A DNA stretch of 38,394 nt from Candidatus Nanohalarchaeota archaeon (GTDB lineage: Archaea; Nanohalarchaeota; Nanosalinia; Nanosalinales; JAFCCC01). The position numbers were made by a program, and so were the translations under genes. Shown piece after piece: positions 9,380-19,027 of this stretch. Positions within the stretch are counted from its first letter, which is position 1. The number at the start of each line of letters is the position of its first letter. The stretch lies in NCBI GenBank assembly GCA_017610385.1, contig JAFCCC010000006.1:1-38394 (forward strand), in the 5' to 3' direction. The notes under the pieces were generated by a model. The model ran no database searches. It saw only the letters and a program-made list of their open reading frames with translations, and had not been told where the DNA came from.

Positions 9380-10483
9380 TCAAAAGTTCGGGTCATTTTC
9401 GAAAATGTGTCTTGCACGAGTAAGCGGTTTAGTACCTGTAAAAACACCATAGAGTTCTTGATCGTGTCTGTGTAATCCATAATTTCCATGTTCATGCATG
9501 GGTCTTCGTCTTTCAATTAATCCTGGAAATACTGTTCTTGCTTCTCCCGGACCATTTAAACCAAAGTTTTTTACAGGTTCCCATGCAGAAGGCAAATTCC
9601 ATGGTTTTCCAATCGGTTCTATTTTAATTTCCGGCACAATTGGTTGAGTATATTTTAATGATTCTATAGGTTTGAATGTTTCTATAGGTTTGAAAGGAAC
9701 TGGATCTGGAATGAATGGCGCAACATCAACATACGGTTTAATTAAATTAGAAGGATCAAACCGATGTGCAACAGTATTAGGATCCGGGAAAACTGGTGAA
9801 ATATCTGTAGAAATTCTTCTCAACGAAAAACTATTCGAATTAGTGCGCTCTGGGACATAAGGAGCAACATCTGCATATGTTCTTTGTAGCTTTATCGGGT
9901 CCAAAAAATTGGGTGTAGGTTGTATTGGTTCTATTGGTTTAAAATCAGGAACAATTGGTCTTATAGGTTCTGGTGGAGTATAATAAGAAGATATTGGTCT
10001 TGATTTTGGAATTAAATTTGAAAAATCTGTTCGAGGTTCTAATCTCAAGAGAGATGAGACATCTCTCAAGAATGGTGCTGGTTCAATTGACCTTACTGGT
10101 TCTTGAAATTGTGGGGCTGTATTATATGTCGTTGGAAATTCCAATTTTCTTGGCGGTTCATATTCTGGAATTATTGGATTTATGAAATCTAATTGAGGTG
10201 TACCTTTGAATACATCTAAGGAAGGCATTGGTTGAATGGAGGGCATTTCTGGAATGGAAGGCATTGGTTGAATGGAGGGCATTGTTGGTCCAAAATCAGA
10301 TTTTAAAGGTAATGCTTTGGGAATTGGTGGGCCATAACCAGTTTCAATCATAGGGGTTGCATCCAAAGCAGGTCCATAACCTGTTTCAATCCTTGGAGAA
10401 TTATCAATAGCTCCATAACCAGTTTCTAACATTGGTCTGGCGTCTATTGTTCCATAACCTGTTTCAATTGTTGGTCCTGTCAT
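9380..10483 (-). CDS. proline-rich tandem-repeat protein, probably intrinsically disordered, unknown function
   Basis: 367 aa with no signal peptide. Four N-terminal repeats of about 14 aa each contain 'IETGYG'. Three 'MPSIQP' heptad-like repeats follow, then two copies of 'Y[AV]DVAP[YF][VI]P[ED]'. About 20% Pro. Only short shadow ORFs occur on the opposite strand. Confidence 0.6.
   Translation of the reverse strand: MTGPTIETGYGTIDARPMLETGYGAIDNSPRIETGYGPALDATPMIETGYGPPIPKALPLKSDFGPTMPSIQPMPSIPEMPSIQPMPSLDVFKGTPQLDFINPIIPEYEPPRKLEFPTTYNTAPQFQEPVRSIEPAPFLRDVSSLLRLEPRTDFSNLIPKSRPISSYYTPPEPIRPIVPDFKPIEPIQPTPNFLDPIKLQRTYADVAPYVPERTNSNSFSLRRISTDISPVFPDPNTVAHRFDPSNLIKPYVDVAPFIPDPVPFKPIETFKPIESLKYTQPIVPEIKIEPIGKPWNLPSAWEPVKNFGLNGPGEARTVFPGLIERRRPMHEHGNYGLHRHDQELYGVFTGTKPLTRARHIFENDPNF
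10221..10483. repeat. intragenic tandem DNA repeats (36-nt and about 42-nt periods) encoding the MPSIQP and IETGYG repeats
   Basis: GAAGGCATTGGTTGAATGGAGGGCATT is exact at 10221-10247 and 10257-10283. Four 'CCATAACC[AT]GTTTC[AT]A[TC]' units lie between 10340 and 10470. Confidence 0.7.
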
Positions 10484-10627
10484 TTGAATCCTTTATGAAT
10501 ACCTTATATGTAATAGTTATACGATAATGTATATATTATAGTCAATAAAATATAAATAAGTATTATTCTGTGTTTGACTCATTGTATGTCAGGAAGTTAA
10601 GAAAATTAAAGTAAAAGAAGAAGTGAT

Positions 10628-11380
10628 TTATTTCTTCTTCGTGGTTTCAAATTGACCCCAGGCTTTTAAAATTTCTAAAGGAAGCGCAAGAACAATGGTA
10701 TTACTTTGATCTGAACTCAAATCATTTAATGTTGCTAGAGTTCTTAAATGTAATGATCCAGGAGATCCTGCTAAAATTTTTGCTGCTTTAGAAAGATTTG
10801 TAGAAGCTTTTAACTCTCCTTCTGCTTTTGTAATTACAGCTCTCTTTTCTCGTTCTGCTTCTGCTTGTTTTGCAATAGTTCTCTTCATGTCTTGCGGCAA
10901 TTCAATGTGTTTTAACTCAACTGAAACAACATGAATTCCCCATGGATCAGAGGCCGAATCTACAATAGTTTTAATTTTCTGAGAAACTTGCTCTCTTCCG
11001 CTTAATAAACTATCTAATTCTACTTCTCCTACAACGTTTCTCATAGTCGTTTGAGCTAATTGAGAAATTGCGTACATATAATTTTCCACTTCTAAAATCG
11101 CTTTCATTGCATTACTAATTCTATAGTAAAGAACTGCGTTAACATTCACAGAAATATTATCTTTTGTAATGCATTCTTGTTGTGGAACGTCAACAGCTTT
11201 TACTCTTACATCTACTTTCTGATACATTTGGAGAATTGGCGCAACAAACCGCAAACCAGGTTTCATTTCTCCTGAGAACTTGCCTAGGGTAAACCTCACT
11301 CCTCTTTGGTATTCTGTTATAACTCTAAGTCCCATTAGAACATAAAGTACAACAATAACTAGAATAATTAACCAAACCAT
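10628..11380 (-). CDS. SPFH/band-7 (stomatin/prohibitin-family) membrane protein
   Basis: N-terminal TM helix followed by an SPFH domain ('RFTLGKFSGEMKPGLRFVAPILQ..VDVRVKAVDVPQQECITKDNISVNVNAVLYYRI') and a C-terminal coiled coil. Confidence 0.85.
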   Translation of the reverse strand: MVWLIILVIVVLYVLMGLRVITEYQRGVRFTLGKFSGEMKPGLRFVAPILQMYQKVDVRVKAVDVPQQECITKDNISVNVNAVLYYRISNAMKAILEVENYMYAISQLAQTTMRNVVGEVELDSLLSGREQVSQKIKTIVDSASDPWGIHVVSVELKHIELPQDMKRTIAKQAEAEREKRAVITKAEGELKASTNLSKAAKILAGSPGSLHLRTLATLNDLSSDQSNTIVLALPLEILKAWGQFETTKKK

Positions 11381-11431
11381 AGTTTTCCCCTCACATTAAA
11401 ATAGAACAAGATTACTTTTATGCTTTATTAT

Positions 11432-13006
11432 TCATTCAATAATTTTCTTTGCAGAATGAATAATTTTATCAAAATCTTTTTTATTCGCCTGATACTTTGC
11501 AAACTCCACTAGGGAGCATAAATCAAAACAGGTTTTTGCTTCTTTGAATTCTTTTTTATGCGTTACAAGATAGCGTATTATTTCGTCATTAGTTGTTTCT
11601 TTATTCAATTTGTTTTTATAACTCAAATAAATTCTTAATGCCTGTCCCGCAGTTCCATAGGCCTCTTTGTATTCTTTTTTATCAAATAATTCCAGAGATT
11701 TCTTAATTAGAGAACGAGCTTCAGCTTTATAATCAAATGGTTTTTCAATTTTTTTTGCAATAATCACTTCTTGGGATGCTTGTTTCTTCTTAACTCTCAT
11801 ATGAAGATAATATTCAAAAATACCAAGTAACAAAAGTACTATTAAGAACCACCAATATTTTTTTGTCTCTTTTTTTGTATTAGTTTCTATTTTAACATTT
11901 TGGACATTGTCATTTATGATTTGTGCAGTTATTTTTGCGGTTTCGTTGTTCGCATCCAAATAATTCAGTTGAACATCGGTTTTGTTGTCCTCTTGAGAAA
12001 TATCCATATTTTGTTGTTTAAATTCCTGTTGCTGAAGCTGTTTTTGATATTTTTGGAATTTTTTACTCTGTTGTAATTGATCTAATATTTGTTGTCTTTT
12101 TTCTGCTGTATTTTCTTGGAGATTTTGCATTTTTCCATCTTGCATTTGTCCTTGAAGGGATGCTTTTTCCCCATTTTGTTTTTTATAATCTAACTTAAAC
12201 TCCCCACTATTATTCGAAGTTGGATTTAAATCAGCATTTGTCATATTATATCCCATATCAAGTAATTTTTGGTGTTCTTTTTGAAAATCTGCATTTTGTG
12301 CTATTTGTTTTTGGAATTCGTCTTTCATTTGTTGTTGTTCTTGAAGTTGTTTTTGCATTTCTTGCTTTAATGCAGAACTATCTTGTGCCATTTGATTATT
12401 TTCTAATGCTTGTTGAGAATTCTGTGTTTGTTGTTGATTATTTCCATTCATTTGATTTATCATATCTTGCATTTTTTGTTCTTGTGCAGCAAGGGAATCT
12501 TGTTGTTGGGGCTGTTGAGATTCTTGAGAAGAACTGCTTACTGAGTTTTGCTGATTATTTTTCTGCGAGTTATTATCTACAAAATGAATCAGTATGTCGT
12601 TAAGTATTACTTCTTTTGTTTTTTCTACAGTATATGAAAATTTTAGATTGACAGATAATATCGCCGGTGTATTTGATGTTCCAAAATTCAAATGGATTGT
12701 TCTATTTTCTTTACCTATTGAAAGAGGGGTAGTTTGCGTATTAGAATTAGAGTATTGAAAATTAGCTTGATTAATTGATTTAGTTATTGTGTAAATTAAC
12801 GAACCATCAAGTGTAGTATTATACGTATTAGTCACATGTAACTCTAATATGGCATTTTCTCCGGTTTTAAAATAATATTCTTTTTGATCCAAAGAGAAGG
12901 TTAAGTCCTTAGAATTTGTTACACTATTAGATGTAGGATATGCCATTTGTATATAAAAACTCACTAAAAGTACAAATAAAAGCAGTGAAACAAGGTGGTA
13001 TTTCAT
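11432..13006 (-). CDS. double-TM membrane protein with a beta-rich N-terminal domain, a ~200-aa Gln/Asn-rich low-complexity insert and a helical C-terminal domain (BatD/DUF4129-like position in a MoxR-vWA operon)
   Basis: N-terminal signal/TM, then an Ig-like beta-rich segment, then a Q/N-rich stretch, then a TM helix ('YWWFLIVLLLLGIFEYY') and a C-terminal helical domain. Start overlaps the upstream vWA stop. Confidence 0.6.
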   Translation of the reverse strand: MKYHLVSLLLFVLLVSFYIQMAYPTSNSVTNSKDLTFSLDQKEYYFKTGENAILELHVTNTYNTTLDGSLIYTITKSINQANFQYSNSNTQTTPLSIGKENRTIHLNFGTSNTPAILSVNLKFSYTVEKTKEVILNDILIHFVDNNSQKNNQQNSVSSSSQESQQPQQQDSLAAQEQKMQDMINQMNGNNQQQTQNSQQALENNQMAQDSSALKQEMQKQLQEQQQMKDEFQKQIAQNADFQKEHQKLLDMGYNMTNADLNPTSNNSGEFKLDYKKQNGEKASLQGQMQDGKMQNLQENTAEKRQQILDQLQQSKKFQKYQKQLQQQEFKQQNMDISQEDNKTDVQLNYLDANNETAKITAQIINDNVQNVKIETNTKKETKKYWWFLIVLLLLGIFEYYLHMRVKKKQASQEVIIAKKIEKPFDYKAEARSLIKKSLELFDKKEYKEAYGTAGQALRIYLSYKNKLNKETTNDEIIRYLVTHKKEFKEAKTCFDLCSLVEFAKYQANKKDFDKIIHSAKKIIE

Positions 13007-13779
13007 TGTATCACCCTTCGTCGACCATAAACAAGGTAGAAATACACTAAAAAAGAAAATAGCGCTGCTAAAAAGAACCAGTTTCCAATGTTTGTTTCCT
13101 CTTTTTCTCTTTTGATCTGTTGGCTAATATTTTTGTAAATTTCATCAAGAGTCTTATCACTAACTGATTTAAAATATTTTCCGTTGGTATTTTTTGCAAT
13201 TACCTGAAGTGTTACTTCATCAAGTTCTGCATACTGTGGATTACCAAACCAATCATAACCTAAAATTGTTTTATTTTCTGATCCCAAACCAATAGTATAA
13301 ACTTGAATATTGTTTGTTTTTGCAAAGCTTACTGCCTCTTGTGGAGAAATCACGCCGGCATTACTAACTCCATCACTCAAAAGAATAACAACTTTTTTCT
13401 TGTTTGGAATGGATGTTGCCATATCAATACCCAAAGATAATCCATCTCCAATTGCGGTTCTCCCTTGTTTGGGTGCAATACGTCTTAATTTTTCAATAAC
13501 TTTTTCTTTATATGGACTCAGGTACGCTGCTGTTGTCGCTCCAGATTCAAAGGTTACAATACCTGCGTAATCTTTTTCTTTTAAAGACTTCAATAAAATC
13601 TCTGCTGAACTTTTAGCAGCTTCTAATCTCGTCGGTTGATAATCAGTTGCCTGCATGCTTCCAGAAATATCAAGCACAAGAATTACATTTACACCTGCCT
13701 TTGTTCTTTTTAGTGGAATATGTGGATTGGCGAATCCAATAATCATTAATACAATTACAAATAATGCCAAGTAAAACAT
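13003..13779 (-). CDS. von Willebrand factor A domain protein (BatA-like), body
   Basis: TM helix followed by a vWA domain with the MIDAS motif 'LVLDISGSM' and 'ILLSDGVSNAG'. Confidence 0.8.
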   Translation of the reverse strand: MFYLALFVIVLMIIGFANPHIPLKRTKAGVNVILVLDISGSMQATDYQPTRLEAAKSSAEILLKSLKEKDYAGIVTFESGATTAAYLSPYKEKVIEKLRRIAPKQGRTAIGDGLSLGIDMATSIPNKKKVVILLSDGVSNAGVISPQEAVSFAKTNNIQVYTIGLGSENKTILGYDWFGNPQYAELDEVTLQVIAKNTNGKYFKSVSDKTLDEIYKNISQQIKREKEETNIGNWFFLAALFSFLVYFYLVYGRRRVIQ

Positions 13780-13794
13780 GAGTTCATTTCTTTT

Positions 13795-13953
13795 TTATTT
13801 TCTTTTGTCCCCCAAAGCAGATTTAATAAATCCAATATTACTAAATTTGATCGCATCTTTCTTTTTCTTTTGAATAATTTTCCTATACACAAAGTAAAGA
13901 ACAGGAACGACTGATAGAAATGCTAAAACCCAGGTGGTTTCAAAACCAGTCAT
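13795..13953 (-). CDS. BatA N-terminal TM segment as a separate 52-aa ORF, cut from the vWA body by an in-frame TAA
   Basis: 'MTGFETTWVLAFLSVVPVLYFVYRK..KKDAIKFSNIGF' matches BatA N-termini (first TM plus 'I.FS' motif). Same reading frame as 13003-13779, with TAA at 13795-13797. Its ATG overlaps the DUF58 stop (TAATG). Confidence 0.45.
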   Translation of the reverse strand: MTGFETTWVLAFLSVVPVLYFVYRKIIQKKKKDAIKFSNIGFIKSALGDKRK

Positions 13954-14846
13954 TATCTTATGATCCTCCTTGTTCTTATTTTGAAAAATTTCTTAAGTGG
14001 CAAAGCATAAGGTTCATCTGTAAATATATTTATAACATCAACTTTGTTTCTCCTAAAAACATGTTTCAAGTGTAATTCTTTTTTATGCATCATCTCGACA
14101 TAATTCTTTCGAAATACTTTATCAGAGGTATCAACAAGTAGTTGTTCACCAGTTTCCTCATCTTCTAACTGAATCAATCCAACATCTGGGATTTTATTTT
14201 CTCTTTTATCTACTACTCGTAGTGCAATAATGTCCTGTCTATTTTTAAGTATTGATAAGGATTTCATAAAATCCGTGGAATAAAAATCAGAAATAATAAA
14301 CAAAATGCTTCTTTTTTTGATTATTTTAGAAATATACGCTAAAGAAAGATTAAGATCAGTTTTCTTTGATTGAGGAGAATAAGCTACTAGAGTACTAATA
14401 AGTTTTAATACATGCCGTCTTCCTTTTCTTGCAGGAATATATTTTTCAACACCATCTGTAAAAATAAACAGGCCGACATTGTCATTATTTCTCATTGCAG
14501 AAAACATTAGTGTAGCAGTAATCTCAATTGATTTCTTTCTCTTCTCAATAAGATTTCCGAAATTGCCAGATGCAGAATAATCAAAAATAAAATAAACTCT
14601 CAAATCTCTTTCTTCAATGAACTCTTTGATAAAAGGACGATCAAATCGCGCAGTGACCTTCCAATCAATTGTCCGTATATCATCACCAGAATGATACTCT
14701 CTTATTTCAGAAAATTCAATTCCTTGACCTTTAAAAATAGAATGATAGTTTCCTGCAACAAGACCATCTACTAATTGTCTTGTGGTAATTTCAAGTTTTC
14801 TAACTTTTTTAATAATTTCTTTTACTTCGGGCATATTATTGGTCAC
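13953..14846 (-). CDS. DUF58-family protein (MoxR-associated, vWA-like)
   Basis: 'TIDWKVTARFDRPFIKEFIEERDLRVYFIFDYSASGNFG' is the typical DUF58 core. Confidence 0.8.
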   Translation of the reverse strand: MTNNMPEVKEIIKKVRKLEITTRQLVDGLVAGNYHSIFKGQGIEFSEIREYHSGDDIRTIDWKVTARFDRPFIKEFIEERDLRVYFIFDYSASGNFGNLIEKRKKSIEITATLMFSAMRNNDNVGLFIFTDGVEKYIPARKGRRHVLKLISTLVAYSPQSKKTDLNLSLAYISKIIKKRSILFIISDFYSTDFMKSLSILKNRQDIIALRVVDKRENKIPDVGLIQLEDEETGEQLLVDTSDKVFRKNYVEMMHKKELHLKHVFRRNKVDVINIFTDEPYALPLKKFFKIRTRRIIR

Positions 14847-15833
14847 TTATGGAATTGTAATTTTTTCTAAAATTTGAGTAATAATATTATCAACAGTTAT
14901 ACCTTCTGCTTCAGCTTCATATGTCAATAACATTCTATGTCGTAATACTTCATAAGCAATAGAAACAACATCTTCTGGTTTTACATAACCTCGACCATAT
15001 AACATAGCATGGGCCTTTGCAGCCAAAACAAGCCATAATGACGCCCTCGGAGATGCACCATATTCAATATACTCTTTAATATCAAGACCATATTTTTCTG
15101 GATGTCTACTAGCATCTACGAGTTCTGCAACATATTCTTTGATTTTTCTATCAGCATAAATCTTCAGATTGAATTGCTGTATCTCAAGTATGTCTTTTGA
15201 AGAAAGTAATTTTGAAACATGATGAACCAGTCCTTCAGTAAATCTCTCAATAATTTCTATCTCATCTTCTTTTTTTGGGTAACGAATAAGAAGTTTGAAC
15301 ATGAATCGATCAACTTGCGCTTCTGGAAGCTTATATGTTCCTTCACTTTCAATAGGATTTTGCGTTGCTAAAACCATAAATGGTTTTTCTAGTTGTATTG
15401 TATCTCCCTGAATACTTACTTGTTTCTCTTGCATAGCTTCAAGTAAAGCAGATTGTACTTTTGGTGGCGCGCGGTTTATTTCATCAGCAAGAACAAAATT
15501 TGTAAAGATAGGTCCTTTCACCGTTTTAAATGAAATATCTCTATGATCATAGATTTTTGTTCCAGTAATATCTGCTGGTAATAAATCTGGAGTAAATTGT
15601 AGTCTTACAAATCCACAGTCAAGACATTCTGAAAGTGTTTTTATCATCAAGGTCTTTGCAAGACCTGGAACGCCTTCAATAAGAACGTGTCCGTTAGAAA
15701 CTAGTGCTATAAGAAGCTTTTCAACAATGTCTTCTTGCCCCACAATTATCTTACTAATTTCAGCATGTACTTCTCTCAATTTTTTTGAATAATCTTCTGC
15801 TTGAATGTTTAATTCTTGAATTTCTTTGTTCAT
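14847..15833 (-). CDS. MoxR-family AAA+ ATPase
   Basis: Walker A 'GVPGLAKT' and Walker B 'FVLADEINRAPPKVQSALLEAMQE'. 328 aa. Confidence 0.9.
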   Translation of the reverse strand: MNKEIQELNIQAEDYSKKLREVHAEISKIIVGQEDIVEKLLIALVSNGHVLIEGVPGLAKTLMIKTLSECLDCGFVRLQFTPDLLPADITGTKIYDHRDISFKTVKGPIFTNFVLADEINRAPPKVQSALLEAMQEKQVSIQGDTIQLEKPFMVLATQNPIESEGTYKLPEAQVDRFMFKLLIRYPKKEDEIEIIERFTEGLVHHVSKLLSSKDILEIQQFNLKIYADRKIKEYVAELVDASRHPEKYGLDIKEYIEYGASPRASLWLVLAAKAHAMLYGRGYVKPEDVVSIAYEVLRHRMLLTYEAEAEGITVDNIITQILEKITIP

Positions 15834-16019
15834 TTTATGACCTTCAATAAACTAACTGCTTTTTCCATAACGCCTTAATCAGTCCTTTTGTATTACTCAT
15901 AACTTTTGTTTTAATTATAAAATTTCAGTTATAAGGTGTACCAAATTCATAAATTTTTATAGACCTATTTTTATTCCATAATATTTAAAATTTGTGCATA
16001 CCCTCCATGAAATAAGAAC

Positions 16020-16400
16020 TTAAAGGCAGGTTTCTGTTTCAGAGCAACTTTTACAGAGTCCTCTAACTTCTATTTGAAAACTAGAGATAGATCCAGGTAT
16101 TTTATCTTTCAAGAAATCTAATGACTCCACATCAAAATGAATTAGTTTCCCGGTTTTTTCACAAATAAAATGACAATGGCTCCTTTTTTCTTTAGAATAA
16201 ACCAAACTATTATTACAATTATAAGAATAAATGCTTCTTAGTTCTCTCAGATGTTTAAGAAACCGATATATCGTGGCTAAACCAATTTTATTATCTATTT
16301 TTCTAACTTTATTATAAAGTTCTTCTGCAGTAAAGAAACTATTGAAATTATTAATTTCTTTTTGAATTATTTTCTTCTGTTTGGTGTTTCGTGTTTTCAT
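16020..16400 (-). CDS. zur: Fur-family metal uptake regulator (probably Zur)
   Basis: Fur fold ('TKQKKIIQKEI..FTAEELYNKV..IGLATIYRFLKHL') with C-terminal CxxC pairs. Divergent from znuABC. Confidence 0.8.
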   Translation of the reverse strand: MKTRNTKQKKIIQKEINNFNSFFTAEELYNKVRKIDNKIGLATIYRFLKHLRELRSIYSYNCNNSLVYSKEKRSHCHFICEKTGKLIHFDVESLDFLKDKIPGSISSFQIEVRGLCKSCSETETCL

Positions 16401-16459
16401 TCTTATTGAGAATGGAAGTCAGTAATATTTATAAGATTGAGTTATAAATGAAGTAAAGA

Positions 16460-17398
16460 ATGGTCATAAAAACAAAATACATAATATCTCTTGGAATTTT
16501 AATCTTGATTATATTTTTTGTTGGGTTTTTTATAAATTATCAACATACGCCGTATCAACAAGAAAATACACTACAAAATCAAGATAAATTAAATGTAATA
16601 GTTAGTATTCTGCCACAAAAAAACTTTGTAAAACATGTTGGTGGAAATTACACCAATGTAAAAGAACTAATTCCGCCAGGGGGAAGTCCTGCAACGTACG
16701 AACCAAGACCAAGTGATTTAATAAATGTAGAAAAAGCAGACATTTATTTTAGAATCGGGTATATCCCTTTTGAGAAATCTCATATTGCCAAATTTGCAGA
16801 TCTGAATCCAAATATGGAAATAATAGACACTTCAAAGAATGTAAAATTAAGATATTTTGGTGGCTCTGAAAATTATACAGAAAATTCTAATGAGACAGCA
16901 CAGTTAAATGAAATTGATCCACACATATGGCTTTCTACTATAGAAGTTAAAAAACAAATTGATATAATTGCAGATACACTCTCTAAAAAAGATCCTAAGA
17001 ATTCTGCGGAATATATACAAAATGCAGAGAATTTCAAAAAAGAATTAGATACGCTACACAAAGAAATAGCGACAAAATTTAGAGAATTAAAAATAAATAA
17101 ATTTTTGGTGTTTCATCCTGCCTGGAGTTATTTTGCAAATGAATACGGATTAAAACAAATAGAGATAGAACAATATGGAAAAGAACCAACAGTAGAACAT
17201 TTACAGTACATAATAGATAAAGCAAAAGAAGATAATATCAAGGTTATTTTTGTTCAGTCTCAATTCAATAAAGAAATTGCAAAATCCATTGCAGAAGAAG
17301 TTGGGGCTACAGTGGTTTCCATTGATCCTCTTTCTGAGGATTACATAAATAATCTTAGAACTGTAGCAATTACAATTAGCAGTTATTTGAGCAAATAA
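16460..17398 (+). CDS. znuA: ABC metal (Zn/Mn) substrate-binding protein, ZnuA/TroA family
   Basis: 'DPHIWLS' motif and cluster A-I SBP architecture with an N-terminal anchor. Confidence 0.8.
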   Translation: MVIKTKYIISLGILILIIFFVGFFINYQHTPYQQENTLQNQDKLNVIVSILPQKNFVKHVGGNYTNVKELIPPGGSPATYEPRPSDLINVEKADIYFRIGYIPFEKSHIAKFADLNPNMEIIDTSKNVKLRYFGGSENYTENSNETAQLNEIDPHIWLSTIEVKKQIDIIADTLSKKDPKNSAEYIQNAENFKKELDTLHKEIATKFRELKINKFLVFHPAWSYFANEYGLKQIEIEQYGKEPTVEHLQYIIDKAKEDNIKVIFVQSQFNKEIAKSIAEEVGATVVSIDPLSEDYINNLRTVAITISSYLSK

Positions 17399-17406
17399 AG
17401 AAAAAT

Positions 17407-18171
17407 TTGAACAAAGACAGAGAATGCGAATACACAAAAGAACATAATACTAAAGTGATAGGCAAAATGAAAAGAAAAGAGATACTTAAAATAAGTAATG
17501 TTTCATTTAGTTATAATAAAACTGAACTTTTAAAGAATATTAATTTTTCAATATATGAAGATGACTTCTTAGGAATAATTGGTCCAAATGGTGGAGGAAA
17601 AACAACTCTTCTGAAACTTATTTTAGGTCTATTAAAACCGAAAACCGGAAAAATTACCATTTTTGGTAAAAGTCCTGTCAAAAATAGAGAAAAAGTGGGT
17701 TATCTTTCACAATTCAAAGATGTTGATTTTGATTTTCCAATAACTGCTTTTGAAATTGTAATGCTAAGTAGAGTAGGCAAAAATCTGATTAAAAGATATA
17801 ATGATAGAGACAAACAAGCAGCGGAAAAAGCACTTAAAAAACTGAAAATTTGGGATTTGCGCTCTAAGAAACTTAATGAACTTTCGGGGGGAGAAAAACA
17901 AAGGGTTTTCGTTGCAAGAGCACTTGCAAATGATCCAAAAATCCTTATTTTAGATGAACCAACAGCGAATCTTGATATGCATATTCAGAGGGAGTTATAT
18001 GAAATTTTAAAAGAATTGAACAAGAAGATTGCAATTGTTATTGTAGATCATGATCTAGGAATGTTGGCGAAATATAGCAAAGAAGTTGTCTGTGTTAACA
18101 AATGTAAAACTCACGCTACACGATATCATAAAGCAGATTCACTAAGAATGAAGGAGATGTGTGATGTTTGA
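17407..18171 (+). CDS. znuC: ABC transporter ATP-binding protein (ZnuC-like)
   Basis: Walker A 'GPNGGGKTT', signature 'LSGGEKQRV', Walker B 'ILILDEP'. The real start may be the internal ATG at 17467. Confidence 0.85.
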   Translation: MNKDRECEYTKEHNTKVIGKMKRKEILKISNVSFSYNKTELLKNINFSIYEDDFLGIIGPNGGGKTTLLKLILGLLKPKTGKITIFGKSPVKNREKVGYLSQFKDVDFDFPITAFEIVMLSRVGKNLIKRYNDRDKQAAEKALKKLKIWDLRSKKLNELSGGEKQRVFVARALANDPKILILDEPTANLDMHIQRELYEILKELNKKIAIVIVDHDLGMLAKYSKEVVCVNKCKTHATRYHKADSLRMKEMCDV

Positions 18172-18973
18172 GGCCATACAATATCAATTCTTTCAAAATG
18201 CATTGATTATCTCTGTGCTTGCCTCTCTTGCCGCAGGTATGATCGGAACATATATTGTAGTTAAAAGAATATCTTTAATTTCAGGGAGTATTGCGCATGC
18301 GGCGTTCGGAGGGCTTGGAATTAGCTATTATCTTGGGTATAATCCTCTTTTTGGAGGTGTTATTTTTAGTTTAATATCTGCAGTTATTATTGCTTTATTC
18401 AGAAAAAAATCCAAAAACAGACTAGACACACTACTTAGTTTTTTGTGGGCAACGGGAATGGCCATTGGATTGGTGTTCATTTTTTTAACACCGGGATACG
18501 CAACGAACTTATTTACTTACTTATTCGGAAATATCTTGCTTACTTCGACGTCAGATATTATAACAATATTCCTTTTAGATGTTTTGATTTTGGGAACTGT
18601 TTTTCTAATGTATAATTCATTTCTTTCAGTCATATTTGACGAGGAATACTCAGAAACAAGAAATATGCCAGTCACTTTTGTTAATATTATCCTTTTCTCG
18701 CTTATTGCATTAACGATTATTGCCACAATAAGAGTTGTAGGTATCATTCTAATGATAGCCATTCTTACGATTCCTGCTGCAACAGCGCAATTATTCCACA
18801 AAACTGTTAAAAAAATCATGATAACGTCTTTTTTAATTACTTTATTTTCAACTATTGCGGGCTTATTTATTTCATATTATTTTAATTTCGCGACTGGGCC
18901 GATTATCGTCCTAATAATCGCTTTTATTTATGTTATTTCACTATTTTTATCTAAATTGAATGTAACATCATAA
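18161..18973 (+). CDS. znuB: ABC transporter permease (ZnuB-like)
   Basis: 270-aa polytopic protein of the ABC-3 family. Overlaps znuC. Confidence 0.8.
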   Translation: MMFEAIQYQFFQNALIISVLASLAAGMIGTYIVVKRISLISGSIAHAAFGGLGISYYLGYNPLFGGVIFSLISAVIIALFRKKSKNRLDTLLSFLWATGMAIGLVFIFLTPGYATNLFTYLFGNILLTSTSDIITIFLLDVLILGTVFLMYNSFLSVIFDEEYSETRNMPVTFVNIILFSLIALTIIATIRVVGIILMIAILTIPAATAQLFHKTVKKIMITSFLITLFSTIAGLFISYYFNFATGPIIVLIIAFIYVISLFLSKLNVTS

Positions 18974-19027
18974 TTAAGAAAAAATAGTATTAATTGAAGC
19001 AACAAGGTCTAGTTAATCTTTACTATT

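Noticed and set aside
12220-12603. 127-aa plus-strand ORF inside the Q/N-rich gene
   Set aside because: It is the antisense of CAA/CAG-rich sequence, has F/V/L-rich nonsense composition, and lies entirely within a well-supported gene.
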